Of a stretch of 64,000 bases of DNA, positions 46,234-55,664 are shown piece after piece. A program made the translations under genes and the position numbers. The stretch's first letter is position 1, and every line of letters begins with the position of its first letter. Under the pieces are notes generated by a model. That model was not told the DNA's origin. It did not search any database and saw only the letters and a program-made list of their open reading frames with translations. Source of the DNA: Clostridiales bacterium (GTDB taxonomy: Bacteria; Bacillota; Clostridia; Christensenellales; UBA1242); the NCBI GenBank assembly GCA_015055605.1, contig SVHV01000002.1:24049-88048 (forward strand). The letters are read 5' to 3'.

Positions 46234-46725
46234 CTAATCTTCAAAGCTATCGATAATTTTATCAATATCGTCTGCTTTTAATTTTCCATAAACTTCGCCA
46301 TTAATAGTAATAGCAGGTGCTAGACCACAACAACCTAGACATCTACAAGATGTAACTATCCACTTGCCGTCCTCAGTCATTTGTCCTACTCTTACTTTTA
46401 ATTTACTCAAGATTTTCTCGAGAATATCGTTTGCTCCTAGTACAAAGCATGCTGTACCTAAACAAACATCAATATTATATTTAGCCTTTGGCGTAAGTGT
46501 AAACTGGCTATAGAATGTGATTATTCCATAAACCTCACTCTCTGGCACTCCAACCTTGTCAGATATAATCTTTACACTTTCTTTTGGTATATAACCAAAA
46601 ATATTTTGTGTTTTTTGCAAAACTTCCATAATGTTATTTGGGTTATTTAGATTAGCATCTAATACCTTATGGAACTTTTCAACTTGCTCTTCTGTTCCGA
46701 GCCTATTGCAATTACACATAAGCAC
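46234..46725 (-). CDS. hydC: NuoE-like 2Fe-2S subunit (HydC/HndA)
   Basis: The Cys pattern CLGTAC...CRCLGCCGLAP is typical of NuoE and HydC. GTG start 5 nt after AAGGAG. Confidence 0.88.
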   Translation of the reverse strand: MLMCNCNRLGTEEQVEKFHKVLDANLNNPNNIMEVLQKTQNIFGYIPKESVKIISDKVGVPESEVYGIITFYSQFTLTPKAKYNIDVCLGTACFVLGANDILEKILSKLKVRVGQMTEDGKWIVTSCRCLGCCGLAPAITINGEVYGKLKADDIDKIIDSFED

Positions 46726-46888
46726 ATTGTCTCCTTTTTTAAAACATCACTAATAGTATTTTAACAAAAAACTCTCGATTTTACAAAGATATTTCTATAT
46801 TTTTTTGTACTAATAGGTATAATATTTCGTTGGGTATTTGTCTACTTTGTGCTACAATGTAATCTAATAAAGATGGAGAAGAAAAAAT

Positions 46889-47857
46889 ATGTGTACTTAT
46901 TTAATCACTGGTGGCTGTGGATTTATAGGTGCGAACTTCGTTAGATTCCTACTAGACACCGAAAAAAATGCTAAGGTTATTAACCTAGACAAACTCACTT
47001 ATGCGGCTAATCCAGATAACCTAAAAGGTGTGGACGATACTAGATACACCCTCATTGTTGGAGATATTGCTGATGACACTATTGTTAATAAAATCTTTGC
47101 CGAAAACGATATAGACTATGTCGTAAATTTCGCTGCAGAGAGCCATGTAGACAATAGCATACAAGACCCATTACTATTCTTTAGGTCAAATATTTTAGGA
47201 GTATCAAACCTACTCAATGTTGCTAAAGAGCACTGGAAAGAAACAAATAATAAAAGATTCTTACATATCTCAACAGACGAGGTGTACGGACCTATAATGG
47301 ACGGTATGGCTACTGAACAATCTCCACTTAATCCTTCTAGTCCGTATGCATCTAGCAAGGCTTGTGGAGACCTTATCACTCTTAGTTATTTCCAAACATA
47401 CAATTTCCCTGCACTTATTACTAGATGTACAAATAACTATGGTAGATTTCAACACGAAGAAAAATTTATACCTAAGATTATCAAGCAGGTCCAAAATGGC
47501 GAGGATATAACCATACATGATAGTGGTGAACAAACAAGGGACTGGCTATCTGTATACGACCATTGTAGAGCAATATATATGGTATTAAAAGAAGGCAAGC
47601 TCGGGGAAGTATACAATGTAGGAGCCAACCACCCATACTCTATAAATGAGGTGGCAACAATGCTACTAGATTACACAAAAACCAAAATGCAGACCTCTAG
47701 CAAAATCAAGTATGTGAAAGGTAGAAAGGTAGACGACTTTAGATACTCGCTAAATTGCGAAAAATTAAAAACATCACTCGGTTGGGAGCCAACAATATCT
47801 TTTGACCAAGGGTTAAAAGACACTATCGACTGGTACATACAACAACAATCAAAATAA
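46889..47857 (+). CDS. rfbB: dTDP-glucose 4,6-dehydratase
   Basis: ITGGCGFIGANF, ISTDEVYG and YASSKA motifs, 322 aa. Confidence 0.88.
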   Translation: MCTYLITGGCGFIGANFVRFLLDTEKNAKVINLDKLTYAANPDNLKGVDDTRYTLIVGDIADDTIVNKIFAENDIDYVVNFAAESHVDNSIQDPLLFFRSNILGVSNLLNVAKEHWKETNNKRFLHISTDEVYGPIMDGMATEQSPLNPSSPYASSKACGDLITLSYFQTYNFPALITRCTNNYGRFQHEEKFIPKIIKQVQNGEDITIHDSGEQTRDWLSVYDHCRAIYMVLKEGKLGEVYNVGANHPYSINEVATMLLDYTKTKMQTSSKIKYVKGRKVDDFRYSLNCEKLKTSLGWEPTISFDQGLKDTIDWYIQQQSK

Positions 47858-47859
47858 CA

Positions 47860-47900
47860 AAAAAAGAATTGAAACTATAATGAGTTCAATTCTTTTTTTC
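47860..47900. terminator. Bidirectional terminator between convergent genes
   Basis: AAGAATTGAA, an 11-nt loop, then TTCAATTCTT, flanked by an A-run and a T-run. Confidence 0.6.
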
Positions 47901-47908
47901 TTCACATA

Positions 47909-49306
47909 TTAATCATTATGAGGTGCAGGTTTCAAACAATCAAAGTATACAGACCATGGGTGAGAACTCTGATAATCATCTATCAAACTCTCTGGCACAT
48001 AGATAAACAATCTATTGTAAAGTGGACTAGAACTAAATGTTGCAGCACCAGCAAAGACATTATCACAAGCATCTGAGTTCATAGCAGGAGTAGTAACTGC
48101 ATTAGCATTAACCATTTCATTATGTAAGAAGTATACTGCAACTAGACTATTACAGCCCATAAATGCTTTAGTACCAATCTGGATAACATTAGGTAGAGTT
48201 ATAGATACTAGTCCAGTATTTGCAAATGCACCAGACTCGATAGACTCAATCTGTGGTCCGATAACAATATTTTTGAGTTTTTTAGCACCATTAAAGGCAT
48301 TTACACCAACAGAAGTCATTCGACTAGATAGAACAAACTCCTCGATTAGAGTTGCATCAAAAGCATACTCACCAATACTAAGCAGACTATTGCCCAAAGA
48401 CTTGATAGTAGTAAGAGATACACAATCTTTAAATGCACAATTACCTATTCTAAGTAGTCCGTCATTTAAGTAAACAGATTTTAGTGTTCCTTGTACTGAC
48501 TCAAACACGCTGAAGTTTGGATTGTCTGCATCATGAATTTGGTCACTAGAGCCTGTTAGGTAGTCTGCCCTACTAATATCTCTAATATACCTAACATTAT
48601 TCGGAATAATAATATTTCTACAATATCCAACATATTTTTTTAGAGTACCATCATTAGATATAATAAACTTGCTCTCGTCTACATCAAACCATTTACCGTA
48701 CACCTCAATATTCTCAGAAAGTGTGTATGTTTTACCAAAAATAGGGTCTCCTGTACAAGCAGCGTCTTCAAACCAAAGCAACCTCTCGCCATAGTGAGGA
48801 CTATTTTCGTTTTCGTTATAAACTAGAGGTAATTCGTCTGCACTACCAGGTCTGAACCACTCCTCATACTGAGCCTTTAGTTGCTCAGTAGTAAGGTCAT
48901 CGTTTTCTTCGCCATCTGCAAAGTTAAGACTGATAGCAACACCCTCTTCCCATTTAGCATATATGGTAGTATCCCACCAAATCTTTGAGCCAAACGAAAA
49001 AGGCCTTTTCCCCTCTTTATCCTTAGTCCAGCCTGCCAAATAATAACCGACCTTTTTAGGAATATCTTTTGGCCTATGCATCTCTGCCATAAACTCGAGT
49101 TCAATAGACGGAATCTCTGTTCCACCCATTGTATCAAAAGAGAGTGTATACATAAGCAAACTCTTACCATATATAATTGCCGCAATAAATAAAATGGTAA
49201 CAATTATAACAATCGCCCAAACTTTCTTGCCTGTATTTCTTCTGTCATATCTATTAAAGACATTTTTATCTCCCTGTAATTTGGAGATATCTCCTAATTC
49301 TGACAT
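47909..49306 (-). CDS. Surface protein with an N-terminal signal anchor, Flg_new-type repeats and BspA-like leucine-rich repeats
   Basis: TM helix VWAIVIIVTILFIAAIIYG, then GYYLAGWTKD, and C-terminal LRR_5-like repeats (IGNCAFKDCVSLTTI, IGEYAFDAT, VGVNAFNGAKKLKNI, IESGAFANTGLVSI). Confidence 0.75.
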   Translation of the reverse strand: MSELGDISKLQGDKNVFNRYDRRNTGKKVWAIVIIVTILFIAAIIYGKSLLMYTLSFDTMGGTEIPSIELEFMAEMHRPKDIPKKVGYYLAGWTKDKEGKRPFSFGSKIWWDTTIYAKWEEGVAISLNFADGEENDDLTTEQLKAQYEEWFRPGSADELPLVYNENENSPHYGERLLWFEDAACTGDPIFGKTYTLSENIEVYGKWFDVDESKFIISNDGTLKKYVGYCRNIIIPNNVRYIRDISRADYLTGSSDQIHDADNPNFSVFESVQGTLKSVYLNDGLLRIGNCAFKDCVSLTTIKSLGNSLLSIGEYAFDATLIEEFVLSSRMTSVGVNAFNGAKKLKNIVIGPQIESIESGAFANTGLVSITLPNVIQIGTKAFMGCNSLVAVYFLHNEMVNANAVTTPAMNSDACDNVFAGAATFSSSPLYNRLFIYVPESLIDDYQSSHPWSVYFDCLKPAPHND

Positions 49307-49320
49307 TCTGTTATTCCTTT

Positions 49321-50514
49321 TTAGTATTTTCTTCTATTATTATGTGTATGAGTATTTCGTTTATGTTTAGAGTATTTACTACTATTAGACTGATATGTTG
49401 TTCTTAAGTGGGAGAAATTTCTTTCCCTCTTTACTTTAATTACAATGATAGTAATAATTATACCTACAACAAGTAGTAGACCTAATAAATACACATACCA
49501 GATATTTACAAGTGTAATAGTGATACGAACATCTCCTGTGATATTCTCTCTAGAAACATCTGTTTTAACAATCTCAAAAAATGACTTCTTAAGTTCGGTT
49601 GGGAGTTCAGCAGTCTTGCCATGCTCACACGCTACACTAGACCTAGTTCCGTCAGGAAGAATATATGTAACTTTGTATGTTACTAATTCCCACTTAGGAT
49701 AAAGTTCAATAGCGCCTGTAGTACCATCAGCAATAACTGTCGCACTATTAGTTAGAGCCTCGTCCCAGTACCAACCTTTGAATATATGTCCTGCCTTTGA
49801 TGGAGCATAAAGAGTGATGCTACCATCTTCAACATTGTATGAAGTTGGATTTCTGCTATTGTCTGCGTCTGTATGATAATTAATAGGATACTCTACTGGT
49901 GACCATCTAGCATACAAGGTAAAAGAACCCATTGACCCAGCAGGAGTATACATATATAGGTCGGAATCTTTGAGTGTTGGTGCTTTACACCAGTTAACAA
50001 AGTAATAATGCTCACGCTCTGGAATATTGTAGTATGTAAAGTTAATATTGTGCTCCATATCTACGGTATACTGCATAGGTTGGATTTTATTCTTTACAGG
50101 ATACTTTTCACTATCATTATGCTGAAAAGAAATAGTAAATATAATAGGTGTCCACTTAGCCTCAAATCTAGTATTTGCATATATAGGATATGCGTTAGGA
50201 GAAATCTTATACTCTCCCACATACCACTCTAGCGTATAACCAGCTAGAATTGTGCTAAGCTTTTCACTATCTGCAGAACTTAGAGTGTGAGATGCCATTT
50301 CGCCATCTGCTACTATGACAGAATATGTATTAATACTCCTAATCTCTGGACGCAAGTTTTTGGTTAAGTCTTGCATATTGTAGTCAAATACTACAGAGTG
50401 CACTGCTCCAGAATCTGCTCTAACCTCAATGTCATCTTTTGGTATAGACCTAAAAGCCACAATACTCAGTAGCAATAGTATTAAACTAAATAAATAAATT
50501 TTCCATTTTTTCAT
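49321..50514 (-). CDS. Surface protein with a signal peptide, Flg_new-type repeats and a C-terminal TM anchor
   Basis: MKKWKIYLFSLILLLLSIVAF signal, GHIFKGWYWD and YYFVNWC repeat motifs, a C-terminal TM helix and a basic tail. It ends 14 nt upstream of the next gene. Confidence 0.75.
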   Translation of the reverse strand: MKKWKIYLFSLILLLLSIVAFRSIPKDDIEVRADSGAVHSVVFDYNMQDLTKNLRPEIRSINTYSVIVADGEMASHTLSSADSEKLSTILAGYTLEWYVGEYKISPNAYPIYANTRFEAKWTPIIFTISFQHNDSEKYPVKNKIQPMQYTVDMEHNINFTYYNIPEREHYYFVNWCKAPTLKDSDLYMYTPAGSMGSFTLYARWSPVEYPINYHTDADNSRNPTSYNVEDGSITLYAPSKAGHIFKGWYWDEALTNSATVIADGTTGAIELYPKWELVTYKVTYILPDGTRSSVACEHGKTAELPTELKKSFFEIVKTDVSRENITGDVRITITLVNIWYVYLLGLLLVVGIIITIIVIKVKRERNFSHLRTTYQSNSSKYSKHKRNTHTHNNRRKY

Positions 50515-50757
50515 AAGTCTTAGTCTGCATTTCTTCTTTCACACAAGAAAAAAGAAAATAAACCCCTCTTTATTTTCTTAGATTGTAGCAAAAAAAAGTA
50601 ATTATTCCAAATATTTGCTCCTATCTATATAAATTTTATGTAAGATAGATATAATTATATATTTGCAAAATTCGATTTATCGTGGTAATATAGTATTATA
50701 TTTTTGCTGAGGTGGTTTTCCCCCAGTAAATAGACAAGAAAAAAGGTAATAAAGATT

Positions 50758-53169
50758 ATGGATTATGCAGAAATAGAGAAAAAATGGCAAGACAAATGGG
50801 AAGAAGAAAAAAGATTTGAAGTTCCTAACAAAGTGGAAGGAAAAAAGAATGCTTATATCCTGATAGAGTTCCCATATCCTAGTGGTAGAGGTCTACACAT
50901 GGGACACTGCCGTAGTTATACAGCAATAGATGCTTATGCTAGAAAGAAAAGACTAGAGGGATACAATGTAATGTTCCCATTCGGTACTGATGCTTATGGT
51001 CTAGAGGCAGAGAGAACTGCTATTAGAGAAAAGAGAACTCCTCAAGAAATCGTTGAGAGAAATATCAAGGTTTTCCAAAATCAGGTTAGAGCAATCGGTA
51101 TGAGTATCGACTGGTCAAGAACAATCAACACTTGTGACCCAGACTATTACAAATGGACTCAATGGCAATTCATTCAGTTCTTTAAACATGGACTAGCAGA
51201 AAAAAGAGAAATGATGGTTAACTACTGCCCTAACTGTGGCGTTCTTGCTAACGAAGAAGTAGAAGATGGAACATGTTGTCAATGTCATGCTGAGACTACT
51301 CAAAAATCTAAGGCTCAATGGGTACTTAAGATGACAGAGTATGGCGAGAGACTAAGTGACGACCTAAAAGACACAGACTTTATGGAGCACATCAAGACTA
51401 GCCAAATCAACTGGATAGGCAAATCAACTGGTGTTGAGGTAGACTTCGATATCGTTGGTGGTGGCAAGTTCTCAATATTCACTACTTGTATCGAAACTAT
51501 CTATGGTATTACATTTATGGTTGTTGCACCAGAAAGTACACTTGTAGATGAATTGAAACCTAGAATCAAAAACTGGGACGAAGTAGAAGCATACAGAAAA
51601 GCAACTGCTAAGAAGAGTGAGTTTGATAGAAGCGAACTTAACAAAGACAAGTCGGGTGTAAAACTAGAAGGCATATATGCAATTAACCCAGTAAATGGTA
51701 AAGAAGTACCAGTATTTATCGGTGATTTCGTTATCGCTAGTTATGGTACAGGTGCAGTTATGGCTGTTCCTACACATGACCAAAGAGATTTTGAGTTCGC
51801 TCAAAAATATGATATCGATATGATTCAAGTAATTGACGGTGCCGATGTGTCTGAGTGTGCATTTGAAAAAGGCGATTACTTAGGCAAAGGTTGCAAACTA
51901 ATGAACAGTGCCGAATTTACAGGACTTACTGTAGAAGAAGCCAAAGAGGCAATTACAGAAAAACTTGTTAAACAAGGTGTTGGCAAAAAGAAACTCAACT
52001 TTAAAATGAGAGACTGGATATTCTCAAGACAGAGATACTGGGGCGAGCCTATTCCTATGATTTATTGTGAGGACTGTGGCTGGAATCCTGTACCTGATGA
52101 GCAATTACCAGTAGCACTTCCTACTGTTACTAGTTATGAGCCTACAAAAGATGGCGAAAGTCCACTATCTCTTATCCCTGAATGGGTTAACACTACTTGT
52201 CCACATTGTGGAAAACCTGCTAAGAGAGAGACTGACACTATGCCTGGTTGGGCTGGCTCTAGTTGGTACTTTATGAGATACTGTGATGCTAGAAATGACA
52301 AAGAATTTGCTAGTATCGAAGCACTAAAAGACTGGTTACCTATCGACCTATACAATGGTGGTAATGAGCATACAACTAGACACTTGCTATATGCTAGATT
52401 CTGGAACAAATTCTTATATGATATCGGCTTAAGCCCTATCAGCGAGCCATTCAAGAGAAGAATCTCTCAAGGCTTAATCTTAGGCTCTGACGGTAAAAAA
52501 ATGAGTAAAAGTAGTGGTAACGGCGTTGACCCACTAGAGGTTATCAAAGAATATAGCGCTGATGCACTTAGACTATGGATGTCATTTATAGGTGACTACT
52601 TCGAGTCTGCTAGTTGGTCTGATGATGGTGTTAAGGCTTGTAAAAAATTCTTAACAAGAGTTGAAAACTTACAAGACATCTTAGTAGAGGGTGATGAGAT
52701 TTCTGATGAATTATCAGTAGCAATCCACACAGCTATCAAAAAAGTAAGTCAAGACATAGACAATATCAAATTTAATACTGCAATATCTGCTCTTATGATT
52801 CTTTTAAATGAGATTACAAAGGTTGGCAAGGTTAACCACGCAGAGTACAAAGTATTACTTACACTTCTTAACCCATTTGCTCCTCATATCACAGAGGAAA
52901 TCTGGACAAACAATAACTTTGCTCCAAAGATTAGCGAAGTTAAGTGGCCAGAATGGGACGAGAACAAACTAGTTAAGAATGAGATAGAATATGCTATCCA
53001 AATCAACAATAAAATCATTACTAGACTAAATATTCCATCTAATGCAACTCAAGAAGAAATCGAAAAAATCGCTACAAGTGATGAAAAAGTTTCTACTGCC
53101 CTAAATGGAAAAACTGTTAGAAAAGTAATCGTTATCAATGGAAGACTAGTAAATATAATTGCTAATTAA
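50758..53169 (+). CDS. leuS: Leucine--tRNA ligase
   Basis: HMGH (HIGH) and KMSKS motifs, a zinc-binding CPNCG...CCQC insertion, 803 aa. Confidence 0.95.
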   Translation: MDYAEIEKKWQDKWEEEKRFEVPNKVEGKKNAYILIEFPYPSGRGLHMGHCRSYTAIDAYARKKRLEGYNVMFPFGTDAYGLEAERTAIREKRTPQEIVERNIKVFQNQVRAIGMSIDWSRTINTCDPDYYKWTQWQFIQFFKHGLAEKREMMVNYCPNCGVLANEEVEDGTCCQCHAETTQKSKAQWVLKMTEYGERLSDDLKDTDFMEHIKTSQINWIGKSTGVEVDFDIVGGGKFSIFTTCIETIYGITFMVVAPESTLVDELKPRIKNWDEVEAYRKATAKKSEFDRSELNKDKSGVKLEGIYAINPVNGKEVPVFIGDFVIASYGTGAVMAVPTHDQRDFEFAQKYDIDMIQVIDGADVSECAFEKGDYLGKGCKLMNSAEFTGLTVEEAKEAITEKLVKQGVGKKKLNFKMRDWIFSRQRYWGEPIPMIYCEDCGWNPVPDEQLPVALPTVTSYEPTKDGESPLSLIPEWVNTTCPHCGKPAKRETDTMPGWAGSSWYFMRYCDARNDKEFASIEALKDWLPIDLYNGGNEHTTRHLLYARFWNKFLYDIGLSPISEPFKRRISQGLILGSDGKKMSKSSGNGVDPLEVIKEYSADALRLWMSFIGDYFESASWSDDGVKACKKFLTRVENLQDILVEGDEISDELSVAIHTAIKKVSQDIDNIKFNTAISALMILLNEITKVGKVNHAEYKVLLTLLNPFAPHITEEIWTNNNFAPKISEVKWPEWDENKLVKNEIEYAIQINNKIITRLNIPSNATQEEIEKIATSDEKVSTALNGKTVRKVIVINGRLVNIIAN

Positions 53170-53174
53170 CAACA

Positions 53175-53215
53175 AAAAACTCGTACTAGATACTTACTCT
53201 GGTACGAGTTTTTTC
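53175..53215 (+). terminator. Rho-independent terminator of leuS
   Basis: ACTCGTAC, a 15-nt loop, then GTACGAGT followed by TTTTTC. Confidence 0.6.
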
Positions 53216-53302
53216 TATGCCTCCCAATGTTTTTATTAGTTGTAAATATCATTCAGATATGGTATACTATTAGTAGGTAATAACCTCAAAGGAGTACTTA
53301 CT

Positions 53303-53626
53303 ATGGAAGAAAAAAATTCTACGATTTCAGAAGAAATTATTAGTTATATTGGTAGCAAGCAAAAAGCAGGAGAGATTACCCCTCCAACTCCAGAGCCAAT
53401 GCCAGAGCCTGAACCAATGCCTACTCCAGAACCTCCAATGCCAACACCTGATCCTATACCAAGTGGTGATTCTAGTGGGCTTATAAATGATGATAAAATC
53501 AAGATAGATAATTGGTTCGACATTGAAATACCAGGAGCATTACTACACGATCCTAGTTTCAATATAGAAGTTATTGACAAAGACAAAATCGATCCAGGCT
53601 TTTCTATTGACCCTAAAGAATTGTAA
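53303..53626 (+). CDS. Small Pro-rich hypothetical protein
   Basis: 107 aa with an AAAGGAG RBS and a PPTPEPMPEPEPMPTPEPPMPTPDPIP tract. Confidence 0.5.
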   Translation: MEEKNSTISEEIISYIGSKQKAGEITPPTPEPMPEPEPMPTPEPPMPTPDPIPSGDSSGLINDDKIKIDNWFDIEIPGALLHDPSFNIEVIDKDKIDPGFSIDPKEL

Positions 53627-53698
53627 AAAGTAAACCTTATAGGGAGGAACAATTCTTCCCTATTTTTCAAGTAAAAAACTGATAAATGGAAACAAATT

Positions 53699-54337
53699 AT
53701 GGCTAAATTATATTTCAAATACGGCGCAATGGGTAGTAGCAAAACTGCTCAAGCATTAATGTGCAAATTTAATTACGAACAAGTGGGACATACTGTCCTA
53801 TTACTTAAACCAGAGATTGACACAAGGGATAAGAGTGGCAACAAAATAATAGTAAAGAGCAGAATAGGATTGTCTGCCGACTGTATCACTTTTGATAAAA
53901 GCACTAATCTATACAAATTAATATTCTCCCTTAATCAATTCAGAGAAAATAGCGTTGTTATCGTAGACGAGTGTCAGTTCTGTACCAAAGAACAGATTAA
54001 CGAACTAAAAGAAGTATCTATTCATATCCCTGTACTCTGCTACGGACTACTCACAAACTTCAAGACCGAACTTTTCGAAGGCTCAAAGAGATTAGTCGAG
54101 ATTAGCGATAGCATGATGGAAATCAAAATGGTCTGCACTTGTGGTAAAAAGGCAACTATTAATGCTAGATTTGTGGACAATAAACTCGCTACTGACGGAG
54201 ACGAAATCGTAGTCGGTGGCAACGAAACATACAAGGCTATTTGTTACCATTGTTACACTGCTCTCAAGAGAGATTTAGACAATAAAGATACAGAAGAGGA
54301 AGATAAAAAAGAAGATGAAGAAACTACTACTGCATAG
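53699..54337 (+). CDS. tdk: Thymidine kinase
   Basis: GAMGSSKT P-loop, VDECQF, and a C-terminal zinc ribbon (CTCG...CYHC), followed by an acidic tail of about 20 aa. Confidence 0.92.
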   Translation: MAKLYFKYGAMGSSKTAQALMCKFNYEQVGHTVLLLKPEIDTRDKSGNKIIVKSRIGLSADCITFDKSTNLYKLIFSLNQFRENSVVIVDECQFCTKEQINELKEVSIHIPVLCYGLLTNFKTELFEGSKRLVEISDSMMEIKMVCTCGKKATINARFVDNKLATDGDEIVVGGNETYKAICYHCYTALKRDLDNKDTEEEDKKEDEETTTA

Positions 54338-54866
54338 TTGTTGTGCTCCCTGCTCTAGTGGGGTACTGCCTCAACTAGATGATTATGATATCACCCTATT
54401 ATTCTACAACCCAAATCTCGACTGTGAAACTGAGTATCAGAAAAGGCTAGATGCTCTATATCAACTAGTCGAGCAATATTCTAAAGAATATAACAAGGAG
54501 TACAAGATAATCGCTATTCCTTATAACAAAAATGAATTTTCAGACAGAGTTAAAGGAATGGAAGATTTGCCTGAGGGTGGTAAAAGATGTGAGGTATGTA
54601 TAGACATTAGACTTAGTTATACTGCCCAGTATGCCAAAGACAATGGATACGACATATTTGCGAGCACACTATCAGTTAGCCCACATAAGAATCATGAACT
54701 AATAAATAATATAGGTAGTAGACTCTCTGAGAAATTAGATATAGAATATCTGCCTAGCAATTTTAAAAAAAATAATGGCTTCTTATTATCTATCCAAAAC
54801 TCAAAGAAGTATAACCTATACAGACAGAGATATTGTGGCTGTACACCACCCAAAGACGAGCAATAA
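54315..54866 (+). CDS. queH: Epoxyqueuosine reductase QueH (DUF208)
   Basis: LLLHSCCAPCS and the C-terminal YRQRYCGC are characteristic. It overlaps tdk by 23 nt. Confidence 0.85.
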   Translation: MKKLLLHSCCAPCSSGVLPQLDDYDITLLFYNPNLDCETEYQKRLDALYQLVEQYSKEYNKEYKIIAIPYNKNEFSDRVKGMEDLPEGGKRCEVCIDIRLSYTAQYAKDNGYDIFASTLSVSPHKNHELINNIGSRLSEKLDIEYLPSNFKKNNGFLLSIQNSKKYNLYRQRYCGCTPPKDEQ

Positions 54867-54914
54867 AGCAAAAATCAAAACCTAAAATCAGTATAAAAAA
54901 TATTAATTAAAAAT

Positions 54915-54946
54915 AAAAAAAGGCTCTACGAAAGAGCCTTTTTATT
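54915..54946. terminator. Bidirectional terminator
   Basis: AGGCTCT-ACGAA-AGAGCCT, flanked by AAAAAAA and TTTTTATTTTT. Confidence 0.6.
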
Positions 54947-54960
54947 TTTCTTTAGAAATA

Positions 54961-55470
54961 TTATTTCTTTAACGCTGAAAAGCCAGCAACCAATCCACCA
55001 AGACCAGCAAATACACCGCCTAGTATAGCACCGATTCCCAGTGTAGAAGTTTCACAAGCCTTAACCATAGCAGCTGCGGCAGTTAGATTACCGTCAACTG
55101 TAGCAAGAACTACAAATGATGGTAACAAGAATAACATTACTGCACCAGCTAGCATTAGTACTGCACCAACCAGTCTAGCAATTTTATTTTTTACAAAAGT
55201 TAAAACTGCACCAACTAGAGGCAAAACGAATGCAAGTGTTGCTAGTATACTAAAACCTAAGAACTTGCTAGAAACCTCAATTATAGAACCAGTAGTTTCA
55301 GTATATCCAAACATTGTTTGAAATCCAGTAAACTCAAATGCTGTTTCTTTAGTGAGAGCACTAATGTATTTAACACCTGTCAAGAATGACATACAGAAAG
55401 CAGCAACTCCTAATACTAGAACAACAACGCTTAGAATTAAACCTGTGTTTTTACTCTTTTTCTTTGCCAT
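54961..55470 (-). CDS. Membrane protein, hypothetical
   Basis: 169 aa with four or five TM helices and a GGAGG RBS. Confidence 0.6.
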   Translation of the reverse strand: MAKKKSKNTGLILSVVVLVLGVAAFCMSFLTGVKYISALTKETAFEFTGFQTMFGYTETTGSIIEVSSKFLGFSILATLAFVLPLVGAVLTFVKNKIARLVGAVLMLAGAVMLFLLPSFVVLATVDGNLTAAAAMVKACETSTLGIGAILGGVFAGLGGLVAGFSALKK

Positions 55471-55664
55471 TTTCTATAACCTCCATATTAGTATTATATT
55501 AAAATACTAATAAATATCCTACATTTATGTCAAATAAAAAATGACCTAAACACATAACACATTTTAACACATTTTAAAAAAACAACTACATCTCGTTATA
55601 AAATTTGTTATAAATCAATAACAGCAAAAAAACGACCATACAATACAGTATAGTCGTTTTTTTA

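Noticed and set aside
50515-50757. T-box leader upstream of leuS
   Set aside because: The only T-box-like string is GAGGTGGTTTTCCCCC. There is no AGAGA/GNUGGNA-type specifier architecture, no CUN specifier context that I could place, and no terminator/antiterminator pair with a U-tract.
54315-54337. The 23-nt tdk/queH overlap as a possible frameshift or fusion
   Set aside because: Both reading frames have complete, independently recognisable N- and C-termini (the tdk zinc ribbon is complete, and queH starts with the canonical MKKLLLHSCCAPC). This is an ordinary overlapping gene pair.
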